Assembly: GCA_053919585.1 (NCBI GenBank)
Contig: CM132793.1
Direction: 5' to 3' (one strand)
DNA: 64,000 nt
DNA from: Euprymna scolopes
Taxonomy: Eukaryota
Part shown: positions 1 through 11,607 of the stretch, piece after piece
Numbering within the stretch: position 1 is the stretch's first letter
Layout: every line of letters starts with the position of its first letter
The notes under the pieces: generated by a model
What the model was told of the DNA's origin: nothing
Databases searched by the model: none
Seen by the model: only the letters and a program-made list of their open reading frames with translations
Program-made: the position numbers and the translations under genes

Positions 1-597
1 ATATTACTAAGATTATAAATACTCTTCGTCATATATACGTCCAAACACTTAATATTGCTCGCTCGTCTTAATTGCGGACCTGTTTATATGCGCCATCTTG
101 TATAACAGCATTGCCACAGTTCACCTAATAATCTACTAACCAAACAATGCCGTTATAATTACTTTAGTATTTAAAATAATATTATTCTAAATTACTTTGC
201 ACATTACTAAATCAAAGAGTTTTTTTTAAGCTTGCTGAAGTGCTTGTAACATTCGCAGCATGTACGTAATATTATCCAGTGCAAAACAATTTCCGGTATT
301 TCGTTTTCATTTTAGTGTCAAGTAGGAACAGCGTTAACAATGGCGTATTTCGGACAGATTACGTAAACTGCCGGGAGGTTCCGAACGAAAGCTTCGTACT
401 TTTTTTTTTCGTTTCTGTTTTGGTTTCGCTAAAACGCTAGCCAAATTTTAAAGTGTCAAACGAAAACTTGAAAACGCTAGCAAGCAGTTAAGAATTAAGG
501 GAAAAAAACATCATTTGGTAAATTCAATAAAAACAAGGCCGATAGCCATTAGTTGCGTGCTCTCGTGTAATGAATGAATGCGTGAATGTAGGACTGA

Positions 598-800
598 CAT
601 GAAATTCTTAAAGATAAACTAAAATGACCGAAAAATGGGCTGAAATGACTTAAATAAATAAAAAGTAAATGACTTAGAATGACTTTAATGAACTTAAGGA
701 TGAATTGAATTACCTTAAGAATGACTTGAATGCTTAAAAAATAACTGGAATCCTTCATAAACAACTTGAATGATCTGGAGAATGACTTGAATGGCTTTGA
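598..800 (+). repeat. Degenerate AATGACTT-core tandem repeat
   Basis: Repeated AATGACTT/AATGACC/ATGAATT units about 10-20 bp apart. Confidence 0.7.
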
Positions 801-849
801 GACTGACTGGTTGCAAAGTGTGTGATCATTTTACATTAAATTAATACAG

Positions 850-1270
850 AAAAGTGATCCCCCACTTTATATCACAAAGTTACAAACATAAGTACAGCAT
901 GTAGTAAGAACAAATACTACACTTTGATCTTGGCCAAAAGGCCAAGAAAAGGGGGGTATTTCTTTGCTCCCCCACCGAGCAAATTAGGCACAACGCCGAT
1001 TTTTAATGTGAGGCGTGAAGGGGAAATGGGGACCAACTTCCCGGGGAGTATGGAAGCTGGATAGTGACAATTGGTATGAAGGGTTGCCCCTACATTGACC
1101 AAGGTCTTATATGTGGGGCTGCCCCCACATATGGTCTTTGCTTACAGTATCTGCCGGAACAGATACTACACCTTGATCCCGGCTAAATGGCCAAGAAAAG
1201 CTTGAAAAACTAAGAACAGCATCTATTAACAACATACCTTTGATCTTAACAAAAAAAAAGCCAAGCACAA
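850..1270 (-). ncRNA. Head-to-tail array of U2 snRNA-headed structured RNA copies (locus 1)
   Basis: Minus strand has U2 5' ends at 1157-1199 (TTTTCTTGGCCATTTAGCCGGGATCAAGGTGTAGTATCTGTTC) and 906-950 (TTTTCTTGGCCTTTTGGCCAAGATCAAAGTGTAGTATTTGTTCTT), plus a degenerate one at ~1213-1266; 957-1013 matches the 3' tail of the 48.6-49.9 kb array. Confidence 0.85.
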
Positions 1271-2104
1271 AAGTGTTACGGACAGGCCGACCGACAGACG
1301 GGCCGACCGACGGACCGACGAAGTGACGTATAGAGTCGCTTGCACGCGACTAAAAAGGATACTTGTGTAGTTTAGAGAGTGTGATGAGATAAATAATGTT
1401 ATTATTTAAAAAGCCATTCATAAAATAGGGAAGGTGATGGGGCTATTCTGTGCCTTCACCTAACAATTTAAAAACATAAGATACCGTCTGCCAATTGTCA
1501 GCTGCTGAGATTTTATTGGTTAAGCGGTTCGTTAACCTTCCGGCAGTTTACGTAACATGCACCGAATATGCTGACGATCCCCATTCAGCATAAGTAATGT
1601 CACTTTTTTAAATTTTATTATTTCCTTATCATTTACATCCTGGCAGTAAATAATTTAAGAGATTTACTAAACAACTTCTGGTTTGAAACAGTCTTTGTAG
1701 AGTGAAAGAAAAATAAATGTCAGCAAACTGTTTTTCGTTCCGAGATGGAGGAGCTTCGAAGTTTTGATTTTTTACTTAAAAATGTTAGTATTATTCTTCA
1801 ATCGATCGATTGACGATAGGGTAGATCAACCTCATTGTTATATCATGGAAAATGACTAAACTTATAATTTGGGCTAGGACCACAGCCTATTCTTTTTTTA
1901 TTGTTTTGACTCTCGAGTGTGTATCTGTTGATATCTTATATGCTTTTATATAGAGTGATGTGGTTCTCGGTTGATTAACTGTGTCTAACTTTGTCGGATA
2001 TATGCTCGAGAGTCAAAATAGTGCTAAGAATATTCTGTTGTCTTATAATACCAATGTGTGGCATCCTTTTTATGAACAGAATTACTTTAATAATAGATAT
2101 GATA

Positions 2105-2149
<45 letters not shown>

Positions 2150-2150
<1 letters not shown>

Positions 2151-2580
2151 CTCTCTTGTCACTTCTAATTTTGGTGCTTTATCCCTTCAAATTGCTTTTT
2201 CTACAAAGTGCGACTTTCCCTCTTTTCGCAAGGACGTCTTGTCTATTTCGCAGTCAAGCAATATTGTTTACAAATTCCAATGTCGGTGTTGTGCCGTCTA
2301 TATAGACAAAACGACGCAGCGTCTTTAGGTTAGAATCGCCCAGCATATTTCTCGTTTCATCCGGGATTATCAGCCTATTTCCAGGGGTACCCAATTAGTA
2401 GAATCGGTTATTGGACAACACTTAGTAGATAAAAAGGACTGTAGTTCCACATTCTCTCCGGAGTGCTTTTCTTTTTTGCATAGAGGACGCACTAAGTTCC
2501 ACCTGTCTGTCCTCGAGGCACTTGCTATTAGTTTTAGCCCTCCTACTTTGTGCAAGCAGAGAAACCTTCGGATACAGTTG
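2150..2580 (+). pseudogene. Penelope-like element GIY-YIG endonuclease remnant
   Basis: SNIVYKFQCRCCAVYIDKTTQRL*VRIAQH ... LSVLEALAISFSPPTLCKQ; in-frame stop. Confidence 0.8.
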
Positions 2581-2845
2581 GAACTATTTTGGGGGGACAC
2601 ATTCTACTTGGGCTTTTGTTTTTCGTCGTTATCCCTTTCGTATAGGTATTTCTACAAGAAAAAGAAGAGAAAAAAATATTCAGACGAATGAAGAAGAGCG
2701 CTTCGGGTTTCGTTACAATTCGTGATATTTTTTAATCGACTTTTTAATCAATTATTCATTTTATAACATCCGAATGTGGTTCATTTCTTTTTCATCGTTT
2801 TAAAATTTTGCAATTCTAATAAAGATATATAATATAGTTTTGCAA

Positions 2846-2919
<74 letters not shown>

Positions 2920-2999
2920 GTTTTGCAATAACCAGTACAGGAAATAACGATTGCTCCTAGTCGAAGCCACTTCCTATATATATATATGATTTTTCGTTG

Positions 3000-3940
3000 A
3001 TGTCCTGATCTAATTAATGTTTCGTTATAGTAATCCTTATTTTTATCGAATATATTCTCATTTTGTGATATCCTAGATATTCGTTTTTGATATACTGGGA
3101 TTAATTCACTTTATTCATACTTTTAGGATGATTAGAATCATAGTCTATATCTGATAATATTTGGTTTGGTTTGGTTTATTTTGGTTTGGTTTGGTTTGTG
3201 AGACGGTTCATAAGTATTGTTGTTAAGGTTAAGCCTTATATCCAAAATAGTCAGTCTAATGATATTTATAACTTAAGTTCATTAAAGAATGGTTTAATTT
3301 TCTGTCTAGTTATTCCTATCATTCGATCGCTTTAATTGACTTAAAATTATGAATCACCTCGATATTGTCCTCCAATCTAAGCCCGGTATATTTTTATTCA
3401 TCTCTTTAGTATGGGCAGATCTACTAAATCTATTATTTACGCAAAGTTCAGAACCTATCTTAATATCAAAGTAGGTTCTCTCTTATATATTATCGTATAA
3501 CATTTTTCTCACTGGTTTTATAATGTCTATTTATAATCTAGTTATATTTGTTTTATTTTCTGCTAATTTTATTGCTTTTTAAAATAGTCTAAATATGAGC
3601 CAATATCAAACATAATGAATTTATTTTTTGTGTATTTAGGTGTTTTCTGGAACCAATCTCTAACCTCACCTAAAGAAATCTAAAAGTTATGTTGCATTTT
3701 AGATTTCAAAGTAGGTATAATCCTGTCCAATATCCTTTTATTAATATCAACTAAATCAGACACATATGGTGTTATTAATATTATGCTGGGTTTATTCTTG
3801 AAGTCAGGTGTATGATCTTTCAACAAAACCCGTATATTTCTACTTTATCTTAAATTTTCATTTTTATTTTCACATATACTTAATGCTAATAAATTTGTTA
3901 TAAGATCTTCTGTTGTTTTTATATTTTTATTTAGTTCACT
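3000..3940 (-). pseudogene. Degenerate Penelope-like RT N-terminal remnant
   Basis: Minus-strand VLLKDHTPDFKNKP resembles the Penelope RT LKDHKxNF motif; many stops. Confidence 0.5.
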
Positions 3941-3979
3941 CAATATATATATATATATATATATATAGTTATTTTTTAT

Positions 3980-4120
3980 ATCTATAGACTCTAGTTTTTC
4001 ACGTTTTGCAATCATCCGTACAGGAAATAACGATTGCTCCTAGTCAAAGGATCTGAACTCCGTTACGAAGCCACTTTTGACCCCATTAGCAAGGAACGTT
4101 ACCCCTAGTCCATCGAGAAT
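3980..4120 (-). mobile_element. tRNA-derived SINE-like element with degenerate hammerhead-like tail (partial copy at 2917-2972)
   Basis: Minus strand: A-box-like TGGACTAGGGGT, B-box-like GTTCAGATCC, then C(G)GATGA..GAAA..CTAGAG TC. Confidence 0.45.
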
Positions 4121-4209
4121 TTACAGAAATTTCACATTTATAACGCCAAATACAATTATAACGTTATTAAGATGATTTAAAGTGTTCGAACTACCAGGAA
4201 TTGCGCTAT

Positions 4210-5450
4210 CACACAAGGACAGCCGACCTCTTTTTATTTCTCAGACAGTGCTCAACTTTTAAGAATTTAGTTAAAATTATAAATAATTATATATTTTCAA
4301 AATAGTCACCACCATTCCCAATGCACTTTTCCCAGCTATAAATGCCTTAGTCGTAAAATTCAGCGCCTGCCGAGGCGGTCCGTTTTTCCACGGCTGCCAT
4401 TACGGTGTTTTGTTAGAAAAATGCTCCCTATTTTATGCGCTCTTTTGAGGTCAGAACAATTGGACGACTCATAGTATGAGGTCGGGACTATACGATGAGT
4501 GAATCAACACCGTTCAGCCGAAGTTTATCACGCATTCTGTGGTCTTCAAACTTGTGCGTGGTATGGCGTTGTTGTGTGGCAAACAGAATGTTTCCCTTTT
4601 CTATAAATCCGAGCTTCAACTTTGTAAACATTTCAACGTAACGATCAGAGTTGTGAGTCAACTCTGGTTCCAAGAAATTCAGGAGTATGGCGCCCTTCCT
4701 GTCCAACAAGAGGTACACATTACTTTGCCTGCAAATGTTTGCATCTTGAACTTCTTTCTTTCTATGAAGCGTGAGCGGTGCCATTTGATCGACTGCCGTT
4801 TCGATTCTAGCACGTAGTGGTGACACCACGTCTCGTCACCAGTGATGATGCGGTCCAAGAACCTGTCACCTTGAACTACCTTATAGACATCCAGTCGTTG
4901 ATTGTTTTGGTTTTGCGTGAACATTCATACAACCCTCCTAGCACACATATTACTGTATGTTAGGGATGACAACATTGTTTTCATCACACATGAAACTGAA
5001 CACGAACTCTATTTTCCGTTATTCGCCGATCAGCGGTGATGCATTGGTGAAGATGCGCAGTGTTTTCGGAGAGGGGAGGCTATGCATAAGCGCATAGAGC
5101 TTACTTTGTTACACACATTTCTGTCATTATTCTGGATTCGACGAACCCATCTTATAACTGTGTCGGAATCAATTGAATTGGCCCCATAAACGTTCAACGG
5201 GCGCCGGTGAATGTTGAACGGTTCAAGTTTTATCTGCATGGAGGAATTCAATGACGTATCTTTGTTTCTGACGCAGATCTATAACACAGGGTGGTTTCTT
5301 TGATATACACTCTTAATATCTTCAACTAGAGGTAGAAACTTTCAGGTTATGAATGCATCAGTTCAGCCATCATAACAATGCAATATGCACTCCATTCTGT
5401 TTCCTTCGGGCGGAATAAAAGTAGGTGTTACTTTTGAGACAATCCTCGTA
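4210..5450 (-). mobile_element. Degenerate mariner transposon
   Basis: FLDRIITGDETWCHHY motif, AGKVM, HTH fragment IHRRPLNVYG..TVIRWVRR; TIR-like TACGAGG end at ~5450. Confidence 0.88.
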
Positions 5451-5467
5451 AATACATATATTTATCT

Positions 5468-5511
<44 letters not shown>

Positions 5512-5525
5512 TATATATCTATCAC

Positions 5526-5556
<31 letters not shown>

Positions 5557-5560
<4 letters not shown>

Positions 5561-6240
5561 ATTTTGTGTACAGAAAGTTGTTAGATGAGACAAGTCATTG
5601 GTGCCGTCGGTTTCAAGCCCGATACTTAGGCCTGTTTAAGATATCCATATCAAGCTCTCTTCAGCCAATACTCATCTATTCTATAACCGGAAGTGGAAAA
5701 TATATATACCTCGCGATTTCACGTTTAACTCTCGTCTTATTAAATCCCCTCGCGTTTATTTATCAGATGATGATGATTTCATTAACTTTAAATTTTGAAT
5801 TATTTTAATTTTAAAATCTAATTTCGATTGAAATTGTTTTCCATGATTTTTTTAATACATAACACGATTTTAATTTTAAACCAAATTAATTTAAACACCT
5901 AATTTTTTTATATATAAAAATTCAAACTTAAAAGTTATATCAATATCGATTAAAAACTTGAAATTTCGTTTAATTATATCGAATTACGTTTAAAATTTCA
6001 GAGTTTGGGGAAGTGAGTATTTATCTAGTGTAAGGGATTTTCCTAGTATATTAAGGAACTGTCCTATTATATGTTTCCTATAGTTTTAAAATTGAAGCAG
6101 ATTATAAATTACATTTATAAAGTATGATTTTTTTTAAAATTTATACATTAATTTAAAATCTATAATAAAATTACGATTAAAATCCCATTTTTCCGACTAA
6201 AAACAATTTTAGCATTTACAAGTTTACTAAAGTTTTTTTT
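5557..6240 (-). repeat. Left arm of ~680-bp inverted repeat (Penelope pLTR-like) with hammerhead motif
   Basis: Reverse complement of ~8410-9133. Confidence 0.9.
5597..5669 (-). ncRNA. Type I hammerhead ribozyme motif (cleavage triplet mutated)
   Basis: ATTGG CTGAAGA GAGCTTGATAT..GTATCGGGCTT GAAA CCGACGG CA CCAAT. Confidence 0.65.
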
Positions 6241-7099
6241 TTTTAATATTTTTAATACATATGTATATAATCAAAATCTAAGTTTTATTTTTTTTCATTC
6301 AGTCAGTTTAATAGGAGTGCCTTCCTTCTGTGTATACAATTTTTCAAAAATTCCTCACATTTAAACATCTTATTTTTGGATCATGAATTGCCCGGAGGAT
6401 GTGGTATTTTTATGCATTACAGAGCGAGCATTGTCTTGTGGCGCTATTTCTCCGTGACACTGTTTCTAGCACACTCTACAGCATGGCCGAGTAGTTATTT
6501 GGCCATGTGCGTAGAGATACAAAGAAATGTCTTCCCATAATTCCCTTTCTAAGCAGCCCTTTTCTGCGCGGACCCCTATGAAGTGAAGACGTATATTCTG
6601 TCTCTCTGTAAATGAGAGGGGCACCCCTCCCTCAACACTAGTTAGGGTAAGTTAGTAAGCTTTGAAAAGCCTATTGTCCAGTTTTAAATTGTAAAAGTTT
6701 TTTTGTAATATATATTGTATCTATAATGTAAAATAAATTAGTTATGCTCCATATATATTACACTTGTGTCGCGCGTCGTCTTTCTTGTGCTGCCATAAAT
6801 GTCTGCCATAAATGCCTTAATTGAAACAACCAAGCGGTCCGGAGGATGAAGAAAGAAAAATCCAGCCAGAACGCCATTGGGTGAAGAAGTCATCCTAAGA
6901 GAAGGAGCCACACCCAGATCCAACATCTCAGGTATGATTTTCTTCTTGATACACTGATGACTGACCCATCTTTACGTCTTCCCGAGACCACTTTAAGACA
7001 TTTAGTGTAACATGTGAAGCCGCTCACACCTCAGAGACCGACTGATAGTATTATAGACTTAATTCCGGAGCGTATGCTGGTTTGTGCTCTATTTTTTTT

Positions 7100-8025
7100 T
7101 TTCTATTTTATGGAAAAAGTGTATTCTTTTCTTAAGCTCCAACACTCGAGTAGCTAATGCTGTATTTATCCTTGCTTTTGCTCTAAAGGAGCTCATATAT
7201 GCATAGTATCTTTGCTTAAATTTTCCTTGTGTAATGCCTATATATTTTTCCGGTATGTTTATAGATTGGTCTGTTATTGTGGCCTCATAAACAAGGGATT
7301 CAGCTTTACAATTACTCTCTAATGAACAACTATTTTTTGGTCTTACATGAGCAGTCTGCGTTATCTATCTTTTTTGGTTCCTTAGATATAATCGACTTGA
7401 TTGATAGAGCTGTTGAGTAACTAACTTTCACGGTGTTTCTATTAAAAATTTTATGCAGTTTGTGTTTTTCTGGAAAATGCTTATCTAGAAGTCTAAGAAA
7501 AAAATGTCCTACTCTAGTTTTTGTATTCAATGAGAACATAGGTAAGAACCAAATTATCGTCTGTCTCCTATTTCGTTTTTTTATTTTCTTTTTTATCCTG
7601 GTTCTGTTGAAATTTTATGTTTTCTCTGAGCCCACTTTTATGTAGAGCTTCGTTATAATATGGTGCTGTTTTTTCAAACACTTCAGCGTTCGAAGAAAGT
7701 CGTGAAATTCTTTTGCTAATGTTTGCTACCACATTTTTAAACACTGTGGATGGGTGGCATGAACCTTTATTTGTGTACATGAGTTATTCATTTAGTTTGT
7801 GGAAGGATTTATGTATTTTCTTCTCGAGATCTTGCATCTACAAAATCTACTCTATCTAAATTTGTGTTTATGGTTATTTTAAAATCTACTGTATCTAAAT
7901 TTGTGTTTATGGTTATTTTAAAATCTAGCTCTTTAAAAATTCAGCTAGGTCCTTCCTAAGCCTGTCTAGTGAACATCCATTGTAGTCACGCAATAGGCAA
8001 AGTCTATCATCCCTATATAACCAGA
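7100..8025 (-). pseudogene. Penelope-like RT/GIY-YIG remnant
   Basis: SCHPSTVFKN..ISKRISRLSSN, FFLRLLDKHFPEKHKLHKIFNRNTVKVSYS, CSCK; frameshifted. Confidence 0.88.
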
Positions 8026-8329
8026 AAAAGTGGTCTTGCGATTTATTTTTCATGGTATCTAATAGGAAAGGTCATCCTCATGTTTAAGCGTCAAAAAATA
8101 AAAGGGTCTCACTTGCTTGCATGATGGTTTCCTTATTTTTGACGATAAAACATGCTTCAAAAAATCAAATCCCGAAGACCTTTTGATGTCGCAATGGGTT
8201 GTATGACAGTGCGTCGATCCATGACCCAAAAATCTGTTTAAATGTGAGGAGTGAATCTTTGAAAAACACACAGAAAGAAAGGCACTCCTAAAATACTGAG
8301 TCAATAAAAAAGATAAAACTTAGATTTTG

Positions 8330-8396
<67 letters not shown>

Positions 8397-8409
8397 TTAA
8401 AAAAAACAT

Positions 8410-9133
8410 TTTTAACTTTAGTAAACTTGTAAATGCTAAAATTGTTTTTAGTCGGTAAAATGAGATTTTAATCGTAATTGTATTATAGATTTTAAATCAA
8501 TTTATTATGTATAAATTTAAAAATATCATACTTTATAAATGTAATTTATAATCTGTTCCATTTTTAAAACTATAGGAAAAATATAATAGTGTTAATATAC
8601 TAGGAAAATTCCTTAGGCTAGATAAATACTCTTCCCCAAACTTTGAAAGAGTTGGAATTTTTTAAAAGAAATTTTAAAAAGTATTTCGAAATTTTAAACG
8701 TAATTCGATATAATTAAACGAAATGTTAAGTTTTTACCCGATATTGATATAACTTTTAAGTTTGAATTTTTATATATAAAAAAATTAGATTTTTAAATGA
8801 AATTGGTTAAAAATTAAAATCATGTTATATATAAAAAAAAAAAATTATGGAAAAAAATTTCAATCGAAATTAGATTTTAAAATTAAAATAATTCAAAATT
8901 TAAAGTTAATGAAATCATCATCATCCGATAAATAAACGGGAGGATTTAGCAAAACAAGAGTTAAACGTGAACTCGTGATGTATATATATTCTCCACTTTC
9001 GGTTATAAAATAGATGAGTATTAGCTGAAGAGAGCTTGATATGGATATCTTAAACGGTCATAAGTATCGGGCTTGAAATCGACGGTATCAATAACTTGCC
9101 TCATCTAACAACTTTCTGTACACAAAATACAAA
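8410..9133 (+). repeat. Right arm of ~680-bp inverted repeat
   Basis: Reverse complement of 5557-6240, with substitutions and small indels. Confidence 0.9.
9017..9096 (+). ncRNA. Type I hammerhead ribozyme motif with long stem II
   Basis: CTGAAGA (9025-9031), 11-bp stem II, GAAA (9075-9078), TCGACGG, GTA triplet. Confidence 0.65.
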
Positions 9134-9197
9134 ATATAAATACGCTCTTATATTTTTCTTTTTAATTGAGCATTCTGCTGGATTTCTTTTTTAAAAA

Positions 9198-9261
<64 letters not shown>

Positions 9262-9263
<2 letters not shown>

Positions 9264-9345
9264 TCTCGCCAGATAACCGAAGTTAAACAATGTTGAGCCT
9301 GGCCAGTACCAGATGGGTGACCATTTGGGAAGGCGAGGCGCTGTA
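9262..9345 (+). mobile_element. 5S rRNA-derived SINE head / 5S pseudogene
   Basis: TCTCGCCAGATAACCGAAGTTAAACAATGTTGAGCCTGGCCAGTACCAGATGGGTGACC..GGGAA..GCTGTA aligns by eye to the 3' two-thirds of eukaryotic 5S rRNA. Confidence 0.75.
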
Positions 9346-10002
9346 TGTACCTTCTGGGAATGTTGAGCGTGGTGCCAGCACCCTCATCCCGTAAAAAGAA
9401 CTATGTCGCTACAAAAACATCTACAAAGTTGTAGATAGCCTATGACCCTNNNNNNNNNNNNNNNNNNNNNNNNNNNNNNNNNNNNNNNNNNNNNNNNNNN
9501 NNNNNNNNNNNNNNNNNNNNNNNNNNNNNNNNNNNNNNNNNNNNNNNNNNNNNNNNNNNNNNNNNNNNNNNNNNNNNNNNNNNNNNNNNNNNNNNNNNCA
9601 AAAGTAATGGACTAATGAATTCAACGAGGTTGTTAGATAGTGCTCAATAAAAAGAGCTGATAATACTTGTTTATTGTTATATAAACATGCTCACATCCCG
9701 CTGCTACAAATAGCCACTTGTTTCAATCAAACAACAGATATCATCAGGCAGCGACTTGACTATTCAAAAGTTCAATGAATAATGGATTTTTATTTTAGGT
9801 AGGAACTCTTTAGAAGTTGGAGTTAAAAAACTTAAAACACAGAACTTTAATTAAATAAAAAAGTAAAAAGGGAGAGGCAATTTAAATAAAGTTAAAAGAT
9901 TACAATGGGGAGAGAGTGATTGAGAAGAGAAAAAAAAAGGAATAGAGACAGAAATAGAGAAAGAAAATAGAGAGAAAACAAAATAGAGAGAAAAAGAAGA
10001 GA

Positions 10003-10037
<35 letters not shown>

Positions 10038-10554
10038 ATGGAGAAGAAAAGAAAAAAGATATAAATGGTTATTATAAAGAGAATAAGAACTAGAAGGAAA
10101 AGGAAAGAATAATGAGATCTAGTTAAATAGAGAAAGAGAGAAAGTAAGAATTTGACAGTATATAGAAAAAGAAAAAGAAAAAGAAAAAGATCTCCGTGTC
10201 AACCAATTTATGAACAATTATACAATTCAGTAATGAAACATATTATTACAAATACAAACAAACAGAAGATACAATCCAAGCGTCAGAAATGAACATGTCA
10301 AAAAAGGCAGTGAATGTATTCAGCTAGCATATTTATCCTCTTACATACGTCCACGAGTAAAATCAACGCAATTCAAACATACGTCTACCATTAATTAGGC
10401 CCTTTATGCTAAATGATATAAGTTTAAAGTTTTCGCGTTTTTATTAGATAAATATATAAATAAAAGAAGAAAATAATGATAAAACAATATTAAAATTATT
10501 ATTAATAACAATAAACATAATGGTTATGATAATTATAATAATAATAATAATAAC

Positions 10555-10586
<32 letters not shown>

Positions 10587-11127
10587 CAGAATAAAATTAA
10601 TATTTATTATCTTTTAATATAACATATTTAGCTATAAGAGGGGATTAAATAAATTAAATAGGTCCAATAATTATAAATAAAAAACTACTAATATTTATGT
10701 ATNNNNNNNNNNNNNNNNNNNNNNNNNNNNNNNNNNNNNNNNNNNNNNNNNNNNNNNNNNNNNNNNNNNNNNNNNNNNNNNNNNNNNNNNNNNNNNNNNN
10801 NNNNNNNNNNNNNNNNNNNNNNNNNNNNNNNNNNNNNNNNNNNNNNNNNNNNNNNNNNGTAACTATACTATTAAGTTGGAAGTTTAAGCTATTTAAGTAT
10901 AGATATAAAGTCATATTAAATCACAAAATAATACATTCAAGACCAGATTACTAATAACACAGATACAAGTACACTTACCTATAAATATATAAATATATTC
11001 AGGCAAAAGAAGTAATTAAATCAACGAAATACTCAAAAGTAGCGACGCACAGGTAGATAGTACCCAAATTAAAAATAATAAGATACATATGTATATACCC
11101 ACAGAGAACCAACCGACATACAAATAA

Positions 11128-11180
<53 letters not shown>

Positions 11181-11607
11181 CTTATGTATACACATACATC
11201 AAAAAATACACAAATATATGCACACAATCATATACTAATAAACAACAACGCACACACACATATATATACTCACACATAAATATGTATAATTTACATAAAT
11301 TATATATATAGAAATACATAAGAATACAAATAATTTGGCAAGAGTACAGATAGATGCATACACACATAGAAACATACAAATGGATTGAATAAACATGGGA
11401 GGGTATACCAAATAATATAGAAATATATAAATCTAAGTACACACGGTCATAAAATAAATACATAGACACATACATATACACATAGACACACAGGTATATA
11501 AGATAGGAGAAGTAAAGAATGAAATCAGGAGAGGAGAAAGTATATTAATAGTATTTTAATAAATTATAGAAATCAGTGACAATTTTAAATTTATTTAAAT
11601 TTTATAT

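Larger units (their letters stand above)
533..1355 (+). mobile_element. Helentron-associated (HINE-like) non-autonomous element
   Basis: Subterminal inverted repeat AGTTGCGTGC (~551-560) / GCACGCGACT (~1342-1351), 3' hairpin AGTCGCTTGCACGCGACT, GACC/GACG microsatellite just before it, internal AATGACTT repeats. Confidence 0.45.
343..1570. mobile_element. MITE-like element with terminal inverted repeats, hosting nested insertions
   Basis: TTACGTAAACTGCCGGGAGGTT (359-380) is inverted at 1534-1555 with 1 mismatch; weaker similarity extends outward. Confidence 0.55.
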
